NCBI GenBank assembly: GCA_035353175.1
Contig: DAOPZC010000003.1
Coordinates: 62,473 to 126,472 of the forward strand
Length of the DNA stretch: 64,000 bases
DNA from: Kiritimatiellia bacterium
GTDB lineage: Bacteria > Verrucomicrobiota > Kiritimatiellia > RFP12 > UBA1067
Direction: 5' to 3'
The translations under genes were made by a program, and so were the position numbers. A model generated the notes under the pieces. It saw only the letters and a program-made list of their open reading frames with translations. It did not search any database and was not told the origin of the DNA. Of this stretch, positions 7,580 to 16,194 are shown in pieces (within the stretch, counting starts at the first letter, position 1; every line of letters begins with the position of its first letter).

Positions 7580-8872
7580 TTAGTCGTTCACGCGCTCGAT
7601 GCTCGCGCCCAGCCGCCGCAGTTCGACCTCGACCGACTCGTAGCCGCGGTCGATGCTGCCCGCGTTGTGGATCTGGGTCTCACCCTTCGCGCAGAGCGCG
7701 GCGATCAACAGCGCCATGCCCGCCCGGATGTCGGGACTCGCCACGCGCGTGCCGTGAAGCGGCGCGGGGCCCGTCACCACCACGCGATGCGGGTCGCACT
7801 GCACGATGCGCGCGCCCATGCCGATCAGGTGGTCCACAAAGTACATGCGGCTTTCGAACATCTTCTCGAAGAAAAGCGTGGTGCCCCGCGTCTGCGTGGC
7901 CAGCACGATCAGCACGCTCATCAGGTCCGAAGGGAACATCGGCCACGGCCCGTCCTCGATCTTCGGGATCGCGTCGCCGAGGTCGTACGCCGTCTTGAGC
8001 CGCTGCCGGGCGGGGAGCTTGAGCGTCTTGGCCGCGCGGTCGATCACGCAGCGCACGCCGAAGCGTTTGAACGGCTTTTCCAGCGTCTCGAAATCGGCGG
8101 GCTCGATGTCCGCGATGGTCAGCTCGCCGCCGGTGACCAACGCCGCCGCCAGATAACTGCCCGCGTCGATGTAGTCCGGTCCGATCCGCTGCTCCGTGCC
8201 GTGCAGCGACTCGGCGCCCTCGATGGTCAGGCGGTTCGTGCCGAGGCCCTCGATCTTGCCGCCCATGGCGTTGATCATGCGGCAGAGATCCTGCACGTGC
8301 GGTTCGCACGCGGTGTTGTAGAGCGTGGTCGTGCCCTTGGCCAGCGCGGCCGCCATGATCAGGTTTTCGGTGGCGGTCACACTGGCCTCGTCCAGCAGGA
8401 TCCGCTGCGCCTCGAGGCGCTTGGCGGCCTTGAAGATGTACGTGCCGTTGGTGCGGACCGCCGCGCCGAGCTGGCGGAAGCCGTCGAGGTGGGTGTCGAT
8501 GCGGCGGCGGCCGATCACGTCGCCGCCCGGCGGATAGAGCTTGGCCGAGCCGCAACGGGCCAGCAGCGGCCCCGCGAACAGGATGGAGGAGCGCACCTTG
8601 CCGCAGAGCGCCCTGTTGAGATGTGTGCTCTTGACGCGCTTGGCGCAGATTCGGACCGTGTGTGCCTCGGCGTTCAGGTCGACGTCGGCGCCCATGTCGG
8701 AGAGCAGCTCCAGCATGGTGCGGACATCCGCGATGAGCGGCAGATTGCTCAACGTCACGGGCTCGGGCGTCAGCAGGCTCGCGGCCAGCATCGGGAGCGC
8801 GGCGTTCTTGTTGCCGGGCACGCAATGGACGCCGCTCACCGGCTTGCCGCCTTTAATGACAAATCGGGACAT
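7580..8872 (-). CDS. murA: UDP-N-acetylglucosamine 1-carboxyvinyltransferase
   Basis: MSRFVIKGGKPVSGVHCVPGNKNAALPMLAASLLT... is a canonical MurA N-terminus, ~430 aa. The ORF track extends 47 codons upstream to 9013, but the conserved start is the ATG at 8872. Confidence 0.9.
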   Translation of the reverse strand: MSRFVIKGGKPVSGVHCVPGNKNAALPMLAASLLTPEPVTLSNLPLIADVRTMLELLSDMGADVDLNAEAHTVRICAKRVKSTHLNRALCGKVRSSILFAGPLLARCGSAKLYPPGGDVIGRRRIDTHLDGFRQLGAAVRTNGTYIFKAAKRLEAQRILLDEASVTATENLIMAAALAKGTTTLYNTACEPHVQDLCRMINAMGGKIEGLGTNRLTIEGAESLHGTEQRIGPDYIDAGSYLAAALVTGGELTIADIEPADFETLEKPFKRFGVRCVIDRAAKTLKLPARQRLKTAYDLGDAIPKIEDGPWPMFPSDLMSVLIVLATQTRGTTLFFEKMFESRMYFVDHLIGMGARIVQCDPHRVVVTGPAPLHGTRVASPDIRAGMALLIAALCAKGETQIHNAGSIDRGYESVEVELRRLGASIERVND

Positions 8873-9009
8873 ATTTTGGGATTCGCTGGTTAAAAGGATC
8901 ACTCGCGCCCAAAGGCGCTGCTGAAAGGGTTCTGAAACACGGTTAGCAAAGCAAAAAACGGAGCAAAAGAGAATACAAAAAGGAGGCGCGACGCCGAATC
9001 GGAGCCGGA

Positions 9010-10188
9010 TCACCCGCCGTGGGGCTTCCCCATGCCCTTGACCTTCGCCTCGGCGGCTTTGACGGCCGCGTCATACAGCCCTTTGGCCCAGGCGGGGAGA
9101 CGCTCGCGCATTTCGGTGGAGGGTTTGCCTGCGGCGAGTTCACGTCCCGCTTTGTCTTCGACGCGGACCGTGAAACGGAGCGGATCGTCGCTGCGCACCT
9201 CCGCAATGGCCGCGCCCTCCGGGCCTTCGCTCTTGATAGAGTGGATGTCGACGGTGGCCCCGTGGTCGGCGTCGGGCGTCAACGCGGCGGCGACGGCCTC
9301 GGGCGTCATCGTGCCCGTATACGGCTCCGTGAAGTGCGCGAGAATCGTCGCGGCCGGGATGGCGGAGTGCACGTCGTAGGTCGCCGCGTCCGCCTTGAGT
9401 GTCTCGAAGCTGTCAAGCATGCCGACCGCGTTGCCGGCGGCGTCCATAACGGCCCCACCGCTGAATCCGCCGATGGAGCCGATCATCAGATGCAGGCGGG
9501 TGAGCTTGTCCATGCCCGTGCCGGCCTTCAGGCCGTAGCGGGCGATGACCCCTTCGACGGTGAAGAAATACTTGCCCAGCGGGTGCCCGAGCGCCCTCAC
9601 CTTCATGCCCGCCGGCGCGTCCGTCCGCAGCGGCAGCACCGCATCGCCCGCGCCCTCGACCTGAAGAAAAGCCAAGTCCTCCAAAGGATAAACCGCCAGA
9701 ATCTTCGCGATCTTCACGGTCTGCCCGTCCACCGTCACGCCGACCGCCGCGAACGGTTCGGCGAGTCCCTTGAACGCGTGGAAGCAGGTGACCGCCACGT
9801 CCTTGTGAACCAGGAACGCGACGCCCAGCCGCGCGCTGTTGCCCGCACGGTAATCTTTTTCGGAAAGGATGGTGAGGGCGAACGCCGCCCGCACGGCGCG
9901 CGCATGGAACGTCCGGTCGTCCAGCACGTCGGTGTCGGGGAGTCGGGGCGATAGGCCGAGCGGCTCGCGCCGGTTCATGGCCTCCGCCAAATCCCGGGAC
10001 GCGAACGTTTCTTTTTTGGCGAACGCCTCGCTCCGGCCGGCTTTACCCAGGCGCGCATAGAGCGCATCGTCCACGGGCCGTTCCACGCTCCCGCCCAGCG
10101 CCGGCGCGTCGGCGGACGCCGCCGTCGAGACGGCAAGTATCACCGCGGAGAACACGCGCGACACCACCCTGTTTGCGTCAGATCTCAT
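9010..10188 (-). CDS. secreted trypsin-like (S1 family) serine peptidase
   Basis: Signal peptide (VFSAVILAVSTAASADA). Catalytic triad context: VTCFHAF (His), DLAFLQVE (Asp), GSIGGFSGGAV (GxSGG Ser). Shine-Dalgarno GAGGGTGA upstream. Confidence 0.8.
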   Translation of the reverse strand: MRSDANRVVSRVFSAVILAVSTAASADAPALGGSVERPVDDALYARLGKAGRSEAFAKKETFASRDLAEAMNRREPLGLSPRLPDTDVLDDRTFHARAVRAAFALTILSEKDYRAGNSARLGVAFLVHKDVAVTCFHAFKGLAEPFAAVGVTVDGQTVKIAKILAVYPLEDLAFLQVEGAGDAVLPLRTDAPAGMKVRALGHPLGKYFFTVEGVIARYGLKAGTGMDKLTRLHLMIGSIGGFSGGAVMDAAGNAVGMLDSFETLKADAATYDVHSAIPAATILAHFTEPYTGTMTPEAVAAALTPDADHGATVDIHSIKSEGPEGAAIAEVRSDDPLRFTVRVEDKAGRELAAGKPSTEMRERLPAWAKGLYDAAVKAAEAKVKGMGKPHGG

Positions 10189-10197
10189 CCGTCACCC

Positions 10198-10770
10198 TCA
10201 AAAGCCGTACTTGCTCTTGACCGTCTCGAAGAGCCACTCCTTTTCCACTTCGGTCAACCCGACCCCGACATCTCGCCGTTCGATGCCAATGTCGACAGTC
10301 AGCCATCCGCCGCTGAGCTTGAGCGTCCGGATCTGCGGCAGCGTCAGCGACACCTGCCGCCGCTTGGGCAGAAAAGTTTTACTGAACGATCTGCTCTGCA
10401 TCGAATTCGGATCGATCTTGAAAGGATGACGGCCGGTGTCGTAATCGATGGAGGACGAATTGAGCACCAGCGTTTCGGGCACCGCCGGCCGCAGCAGGCA
10501 CACCAGAAAGAGGATCGCCATCACGCCGCCGGCCGTCCAAGCGATCAGCCAAAAAATCTGAAACGCGTCAGCCGCACCGACGTTTAGGCCTTTCTTGAAC
10601 AGGTCGCCGGCCACCCGCCACCAGCCGACCCCCCAACCGCCCAGCCACGCCATGAGGAAAACCGCGGGAAAAATCCGCATCGCCCCGTTCGACGGCAGGG
10701 GCAACACGTACCGCGGAAACCCCCGCTCATCCGTGGTCACGATAATTTTCGACTCTTGCGGCAACTGCAT
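10198..10770 (-). CDS. hypothetical membrane protein (2 TM)
   Basis: The ATG at 10770 is preceded by GAGGGGGG; the track starts at an upstream TTG. Two hydrophobic helices followed by a ~110-aa soluble tail. The gene ends 9 bp upstream of the peptidase gene, so the two probably form an operon. Confidence 0.55.
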   Translation of the reverse strand: MQLPQESKIIVTTDERGFPRYVLPLPSNGAMRIFPAVFLMAWLGGWGVGWWRVAGDLFKKGLNVGAADAFQIFWLIAWTAGGVMAILFLVCLLRPAVPETLVLNSSSIDYDTGRHPFKIDPNSMQSRSFSKTFLPKRRQVSLTLPQIRTLKLSGGWLTVDIGIERRDVGVGLTEVEKEWLFETVKSKYGF

Positions 10771-10918
10771 ATTCCGCCCCCCTCGTTGCACAGACAATAA
10801 CAAAGCCCCTTGCGCAATTCAACGCTTCGTGCCCGCCGCTGCGGGTTTGACCCGTCATCCTTGGCTATGTTATGTTTCGTTTATTATTTTCAGAAAACGA
10901 ACAAGGGAGACGGTTTTC

Positions 10919-13900
10919 ATGCTGGACCCGAGATACCGATCGACGCTCATTCTCGCAGCAGCCTTTTTCCTCTGCATCTCAACGAGTCGCTCCGAGCCGC
11001 CCAAAGCCCTCGCCGACGTCCGCGTCTTCGCGGTCTATGAGCCGGTCATGAGCCGCCAGGACGTCGAGCTTTTGGCGCGCGTCCATCCCGATTTCGTCTG
11101 CCGAGGCTGGTTCAAGTGGCACCACACCCCCGACTGGCGCGCGTACACCCCGCTCGCACAGGCCTGCGCCGAACAGGGCATTCTGCTACAGGGCGGCATC
11201 ACCCTCTCGGCGATCTATCCCGGCGAGAACGGCATGGACGACGCGGCCTTCCGCGATTTCGCAACCCACGGCACCGACGGGCAACCCTACCACTGCCGCA
11301 TGGCGGACAACGGCGGCTGGTACCAGCTCAGCCTCTATAACCCGAAAGTGATCGCGTATCTCAAGCGCGAGGTGCGCCTGCAGATCGACGCCGGCGCGGT
11401 CGGCATCTGGTACGACGAGATCGAAGGTTTCTACGACTGGAACCCGACCGAAGGCTACGACCCTTACGCCTGCGCCGCGTTCCGCGACTGGCTGATCCGC
11501 AAATACTGCGGCGGCCAAGGCTGGCGCGAGAACGACCCGCGCTGGCAGACGCAGTTCGGCATCGATCTCGCGAAACACGGCGGCACCATCCGCACCTTCG
11601 ACTATCTGCGCCACCTCCAGATCACGCCCGGCCGAGACGGTCAACCCCTCGCGGCCAATCCGGCGCAAGGCCACCCGCGCGCCTGGGCAACCTCTGCCAA
11701 CCCGCTCTACCGCGAGTGGGGCTTCGCGTGGGACCGCAAGGCCGCCGGCACCTTCCGTTTCGACACCGTGGCCGCGCTCTTTGCGGACATCCTCGCGGAT
11801 GCCGACCGCTACGCCCGCGAACGTTACGGACGCACGCTGATCAACACCTACAACCACAACGGCACGGCGCGCCCCGGCGTCGCTTTCCTCCAGCCGCACA
11901 ACGGCGCGCAGCCGCCGCTCCGCCACGGACGCCTCGACGGGCGCGCCAGTTACCTCACCTACTATGAGGATCTCATCGCCGATGCCGCGGGCCCTTGCCC
12001 CGGCCAGCCCGTCGTCTTCTTCGTGGACTGGCCCGGCGAGATCGACCGACTGGTCGCCCTGCCGCGCGCCGACCAGACCCACTTCTTCCGGATCTACATC
12101 CCCGAGGCGTATGCCGCCGGCGGCGAATTTGCCCTGCCGCTGCGCGGCTACTCCTATGTGGCCGCCCGGCAAGGCACGCTGGCCGCGCTCACGCGCATGG
12201 CCGACTTCTACCGCGAGTACGCGCCCTTCCTGCGCGGCTCGAAGCCTGGGGGCGCGGGCGGCCTCGTCCGCGATGAGTTCGACCGACTCACGGTCCGTCT
12301 CCGTTCGACCGCAGCCGGCACCGCCGTCCACATCGTCAACCACGCCTTCTCCACGCGTGACGTCTGGCCTTCGCCCCGCACCAACCTCTGTGTGACGCTG
12401 CCCTGGAGCGCCGCCGCGCCAGATTCCGCCTTCGCCGTCTCTCCCGATTTTCCTGACCAGCGTCCCGTGCCGGTATCGCTCAAAGACGGACAGCTCACGC
12501 TCGACGTCGGAACCGTCACCTGCAGTGCGCTCGTGCTGTTGCCCGAGCCCGATGCCCTGCGCCCGCTCACCGGGACCGCACCGAGCGGCACCCACATCGT
12601 CGACCCGCACGGCCGCGCGATGGCGGTCGCGCGCGACGGCCGCTTCACGCTCTGGCTGCCGCCGTCCGAAGGCGTCGGTCTCTGGCGCCGCCTGCTGGGG
12701 CGCGAGGCGTGCGCCACGCGCGAGCTGAAGTGCCTGGAAACCGGCGAGCGCCAGCCCGCGCGCGACGGCGCCGTTTTCGCCGCGCCGCCTGCGGGCGGCT
12801 TCGCCTCCGGCCTGTTGCTCGACGGGTTCGGCATTCCTCTGCGCCACACCGCGCTGACCTGCGGCACGCACCGCTGGCACACCGACGCCTGGGGCCGCTA
12901 CCGCGTGCCGTTGGCGCACGCCTCCGACGCACCGCTGACGGTCTGCGGCGAGGACGGGGCCGTGCACACGCTGGCCCTGTCCGACCGCTTCACCGCCCTC
13001 CGCCTCTTACCTGCCCGCACCCGCATCGGCGACTTCGCCGCATCGCAGGGCGGATACTGGGCCAACTGGCCCGACAAGGAGCGGCTCCGCGGCGTGATCG
13101 CGCTCGCCCGCGAGCGCCACCAAGAGCGCGACGCACTGCGCTGCACCTTCTCGCCCTCGCCATCCGTTCCGTGGTCGAACATCAACTCGCCCGCCTTCAC
13201 CCTCGAAACGGCGGACGCGGTCGAAGTGGTTTACGCAGGCGACGGCACAACGCGCACCGTCCACGCCGTGCTGCATGCGAACGGCCGCTTCTACCGCGCG
13301 CCGCTCGACCTCTCCGCTACAGGGTGGACCGTCAAGCGCATCGCGCTCGGCGAGTTTCGCGACGACCAGGGCGCGCCGTTCGACCCCGCCGCGCACACCG
13401 GCACCGCCGCCTTCCAGCTCGCACCGGCGGGCCTCGGCACCGCGCCCGCCACGCTCTGGCTGCACCGCGTCGCGCTCGTCACCGACACCCCCGTCGTGAC
13501 GCTGTGGCAGAGCGACGCCGCCTTTGACGACGCGGACGTCGACCACCTGCGCGCGGACCACCGCCCGCAACCGCCTCCGCCCCGCGCCGCAGCGCGGCAG
13601 CCGCTGGCGCGCTTCACCGACCCGGCCGCGCGCCACCTCGCCAACTGGGCCGAGAAGAGCGCGGCAGACAAACCGCTGGTCGCCATCGAGCGAGTGGCGC
13701 CGCCGGCCTCGCCGCCCTTCCTGCGGATCACCCTGGCTGCGGGCGAGTGCGCGTGGGGCAACGCCAACATTCCGCTGCCCGCGGACAAACTCGCCGGGAC
13801 GAGCGGCCTCGCCCTGCGGCTGCGCCACTCGCCTGCGACCGAGGATGTGACGGTCGCGCTCCACACGTCCGTCGACGGGAAAAACGCGTTCTTTCAGACG

Positions 13901-14092
13901 AACGTCGAAGCCGGTGAAACGTGGAGCGAACAGACGGTGCGCTGGGCCGAGTTCCGCACGGAATCCGGACGCGCTTTCACCCCTCAGACAGGCCCCTTCC
14001 TCAACCTCCAGATCTGCCGTCCGCCGCACCTGCTGAAACGCGCGCTCGTGATCGAAATCGACGCCGTCGACACCTTCGTTGAAACTCCTTAA
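10919..14092 (+). CDS. large secreted protein, putative TIM-barrel glycoside hydrolase with C-terminal beta-sandwich (CBM/CIA30-like) domain
   Basis: Shine-Dalgarno AAGGGAGA precedes the ATG at 10919. Signal peptide MLDPRYRSTLILAAAFFLCISTSRS. The segment ...GAVGIWYDEIEGFYDWNPTEGYD...FRDWLIRKYCGGQGW... resembles GH42/GH114-type hydrolases. The upstream 108 codons in the track (TTG start at 10595) overlap the divergent promoter and are rejected. Confidence 0.65.
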   Translation: MLDPRYRSTLILAAAFFLCISTSRSEPPKALADVRVFAVYEPVMSRQDVELLARVHPDFVCRGWFKWHHTPDWRAYTPLAQACAEQGILLQGGITLSAIYPGENGMDDAAFRDFATHGTDGQPYHCRMADNGGWYQLSLYNPKVIAYLKREVRLQIDAGAVGIWYDEIEGFYDWNPTEGYDPYACAAFRDWLIRKYCGGQGWRENDPRWQTQFGIDLAKHGGTIRTFDYLRHLQITPGRDGQPLAANPAQGHPRAWATSANPLYREWGFAWDRKAAGTFRFDTVAALFADILADADRYARERYGRTLINTYNHNGTARPGVAFLQPHNGAQPPLRHGRLDGRASYLTYYEDLIADAAGPCPGQPVVFFVDWPGEIDRLVALPRADQTHFFRIYIPEAYAAGGEFALPLRGYSYVAARQGTLAALTRMADFYREYAPFLRGSKPGGAGGLVRDEFDRLTVRLRSTAAGTAVHIVNHAFSTRDVWPSPRTNLCVTLPWSAAAPDSAFAVSPDFPDQRPVPVSLKDGQLTLDVGTVTCSALVLLPEPDALRPLTGTAPSGTHIVDPHGRAMAVARDGRFTLWLPPSEGVGLWRRLLGREACATRELKCLETGERQPARDGAVFAAPPAGGFASGLLLDGFGIPLRHTALTCGTHRWHTDAWGRYRVPLAHASDAPLTVCGEDGAVHTLALSDRFTALRLLPARTRIGDFAASQGGYWANWPDKERLRGVIALARERHQERDALRCTFSPSPSVPWSNINSPAFTLETADAVEVVYAGDGTTRTVHAVLHANGRFYRAPLDLSATGWTVKRIALGEFRDDQGAPFDPAAHTGTAAFQLAPAGLGTAPATLWLHRVALVTDTPVVTLWQSDAAFDDADVDHLRADHRPQPPPPRAAARQPLARFTDPAARHLANWAEKSAADKPLVAIERVAPPASPPFLRITLAAGECAWGNANIPLPADKLAGTSGLALRLRHSPATEDVTVALHTSVDGKNAFFQTNVEAGETWSEQTVRWAEFRTESGRAFTPQTGPFLNLQICRPPHLLKRALVIEIDAVDTFVETP

Positions 14093-14122
14093 ACGTGCAC
14101 GTCGTTCAACCCGGAGTCAGCC

Positions 14123-14932
14123 ATGAAACGCTTCTTCCTTTCATTCGCCTTCTGCTCCCTCATCGCACACGCAGAGGCCCCCGCTTTTCTGAACAACGGC
14201 GTGACCGCGCACCGCGGCAATTCGGGCGAGTGCCCTGAAAATACCCTGTCGGCCTTCGAAAGCGCGATTGCCGTCGGTGCGGACTGGATCGAGACCGACC
14301 TCTACCTCACCAAGGACGGCCAGCTCGTCATTTCCCACGACCGGGACACCGGCCACACCGGCGACAAGAAGCTCAGCGTCACGAATTCGACCTACGCCGA
14401 GCTCCTGACGGTCGACGTGGCCACCGGCTTCCGCACGCGCAAAAAACTCACATTCGTCGAGTGTCCTCCCGCCCGTATACCGCTGTTCGCCGATGTCCTG
14501 AAGCTGATCGTAAAGCAGGACCGCACGCGCCTCTCGATCCAGCCCAAAAACGAATGCGTGCAGGCCGCCTTCGACGTGATCCGCGAGCTGAAAGCCGAGC
14601 GATGGGTCGGCTTCAACGACGGCAGCCTCAACAAAATGCGGCAGGTCAAAACGCAGTCGAAAGCCGTGCCGGTCTTTTGGGACCGCGACGCAAAAACCGA
14701 TATCGACGCGGACATCAGGACCGCGCGCGAAGAAGGCTTCGAAGCCATCGTCGTGAACGCCAAAGGACTCACGAAGGACAAGGTCGACAAAATCCGCGCG
14801 GCCGGTCTAGAAGCCGGCGTCTGGACCGTGAACAGCGAGGCCGAGCTGAAGGCTTTTCTCGCGCTCGGGGTAGCGCGCATCTACACCGACTATCCCGAGA
14901 GGCTGCTGCGCCTGAAAGCCCAGATGAAGTAG
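14123..14932 (+). CDS. glycerophosphodiester phosphodiesterase family protein (secreted)
   Basis: Signal peptide, then the GDPD motifs HRGNSGECPENTLSAFESAIAVGADWIETDLYLTKDGQLVISHD. Confidence 0.85.
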   Translation: MKRFFLSFAFCSLIAHAEAPAFLNNGVTAHRGNSGECPENTLSAFESAIAVGADWIETDLYLTKDGQLVISHDRDTGHTGDKKLSVTNSTYAELLTVDVATGFRTRKKLTFVECPPARIPLFADVLKLIVKQDRTRLSIQPKNECVQAAFDVIRELKAERWVGFNDGSLNKMRQVKTQSKAVPVFWDRDAKTDIDADIRTAREEGFEAIVVNAKGLTKDKVDKIRAAGLEAGVWTVNSEAELKAFLALGVARIYTDYPERLLRLKAQMK

Positions 14933-14934
14933 CC

Positions 14935-14957
14935 GCCGGACCCCGCAAGGCTCCGGC
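14935..14957. terminator. candidate shared hairpin between convergent genes
   Basis: GCCGGA-ccccgcaaggc-TCCGGC lies between the stop codons at 14932 (+) and 14960 (-). There is no clear U-tract on either strand. Confidence 0.2.
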
Positions 14958-14959
14958 CT

Positions 14960-16120
14960 TCACCGCTTCTCTGCGAAATCTTCAGACGTCAGCACACCGT
15001 CACCGTTGCGGTCGAGGCGCGGAAACATCGGCTGCGGACCCTTGAACTCCTCGCGCGTGACGCGGCCGTCGCCGTCCGCGTCTTCCCGCGCCTTGACCTG
15101 TTCGAACGTGGGCCGCCGCTTTTGGGCCCCGTCTTTGCCAGCCGGCCCGGGCCTTGTCCCAGCCTCCCCGACCGCCTCGCTCGAGGTGCAGCTCGACTCT
15201 GCGTGCGGACGTTCCGCCGACTTGAGCCACCTGTCAAAGAAGGCGTTGACCCTATCCGTGATCTCGCCGCCACCGAAACCTTGGCCATGTCCCGCGCCTT
15301 GGATCGTATGGAACTGGACGTTGCCACCCGCCTTTTTGAGCGCCTCATACAGCAGCTCACTCTGATGGTGCGGCACCAGTGGATCGGCGTCGCCGTGCAC
15401 GATCAGGAAAGGCGGCAGGGCGTTTATGGACACATATGTGATCGGATTCACGCGCGTTGCTTTGGCCTTGTTTTTCTGGATCGGCCCGCCGATCAGACTG
15501 GCCTCCGGCGACGCCGCGTCGTCATGCTTGAACGGCGCGCCCGGACGCGCATGGCTGTCCATCTGCAAGAGATCGGTCGGCCCGAAAAAGTCGCACACCG
15601 CCTGCACGCGGCTGGAAACATCGAGATTCGCTCCGACATCGAAAGCCTTCTCGTCGCCGCTCGTGCCGAGCAGCGCGACCAAGTGACCGCCCGCCGAGCT
15701 GCCCCACACGCCGAAGCGATCCGGATCGACCCCGAACTCCTTGGCGTGCGCTCGCAGCCAGCGAATCGCAGCCTTGCAGTCTTCGATCTGCGCGGGAAAA
15801 ATGGCGTCACCGCTCAGCCGATAGCCGACGCTGGCCACCGCATACCCCCGCTGCACAAAGCCCTGCCGCAGCGGCGGGCATCCGTCCTTGCTGCCGCCCT
15901 TCCAGCCTCCGCCGTGAATCCAGATGACCACCGGCAACGCGTTCGTCGCCCGCTCCGGCATATAGAGGTCCAGCTTCTGGCGCGCGTGTCCGTTCTCGAC
16001 ATACGTAAGATCCCGCAAGGCCTTGACGCCTTCGGGAACAAAAGCCGCACCGGCGGAAGGCTGAGCCTGCGCGAGCCCTGCCAGAACGAATGCGGCCGCA
16101 AAAGAAGATGAGGTTTTCAT
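14960..16120 (-). CDS. secreted alpha/beta-hydrolase (esterase/lipase fold) with C-terminal tandem EF-hand calcium-binding loops
   Basis: Signal peptide; VVIWIHGGGW (HGGG oxyanion motif); GVWGSSAGGH (GxSxG nucleophile); His-Asp region LIVHGDADPLV. The C-terminus carries DADGDGRVTREEF and DRNGDGVLTSEDF, two canonical DxDxDG EF-hand loops. Confidence 0.8.
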   Translation of the reverse strand: MKTSSSFAAAFVLAGLAQAQPSAGAAFVPEGVKALRDLTYVENGHARQKLDLYMPERATNALPVVIWIHGGGWKGGSKDGCPPLRQGFVQRGYAVASVGYRLSGDAIFPAQIEDCKAAIRWLRAHAKEFGVDPDRFGVWGSSAGGHLVALLGTSGDEKAFDVGANLDVSSRVQAVCDFFGPTDLLQMDSHARPGAPFKHDDAASPEASLIGGPIQKNKAKATRVNPITYVSINALPPFLIVHGDADPLVPHHQSELLYEALKKAGGNVQFHTIQGAGHGQGFGGGEITDRVNAFFDRWLKSAERPHAESSCTSSEAVGEAGTRPGPAGKDGAQKRRPTFEQVKAREDADGDGRVTREEFKGPQPMFPRLDRNGDGVLTSEDFAEKR

Positions 16121-16194
16121 AGCCGCTTGAACGGACGATCCGGCAACATATTGGGGCGTTTAACAGGAAATTAGAGCCGTCCCCGCCGGCCGCT

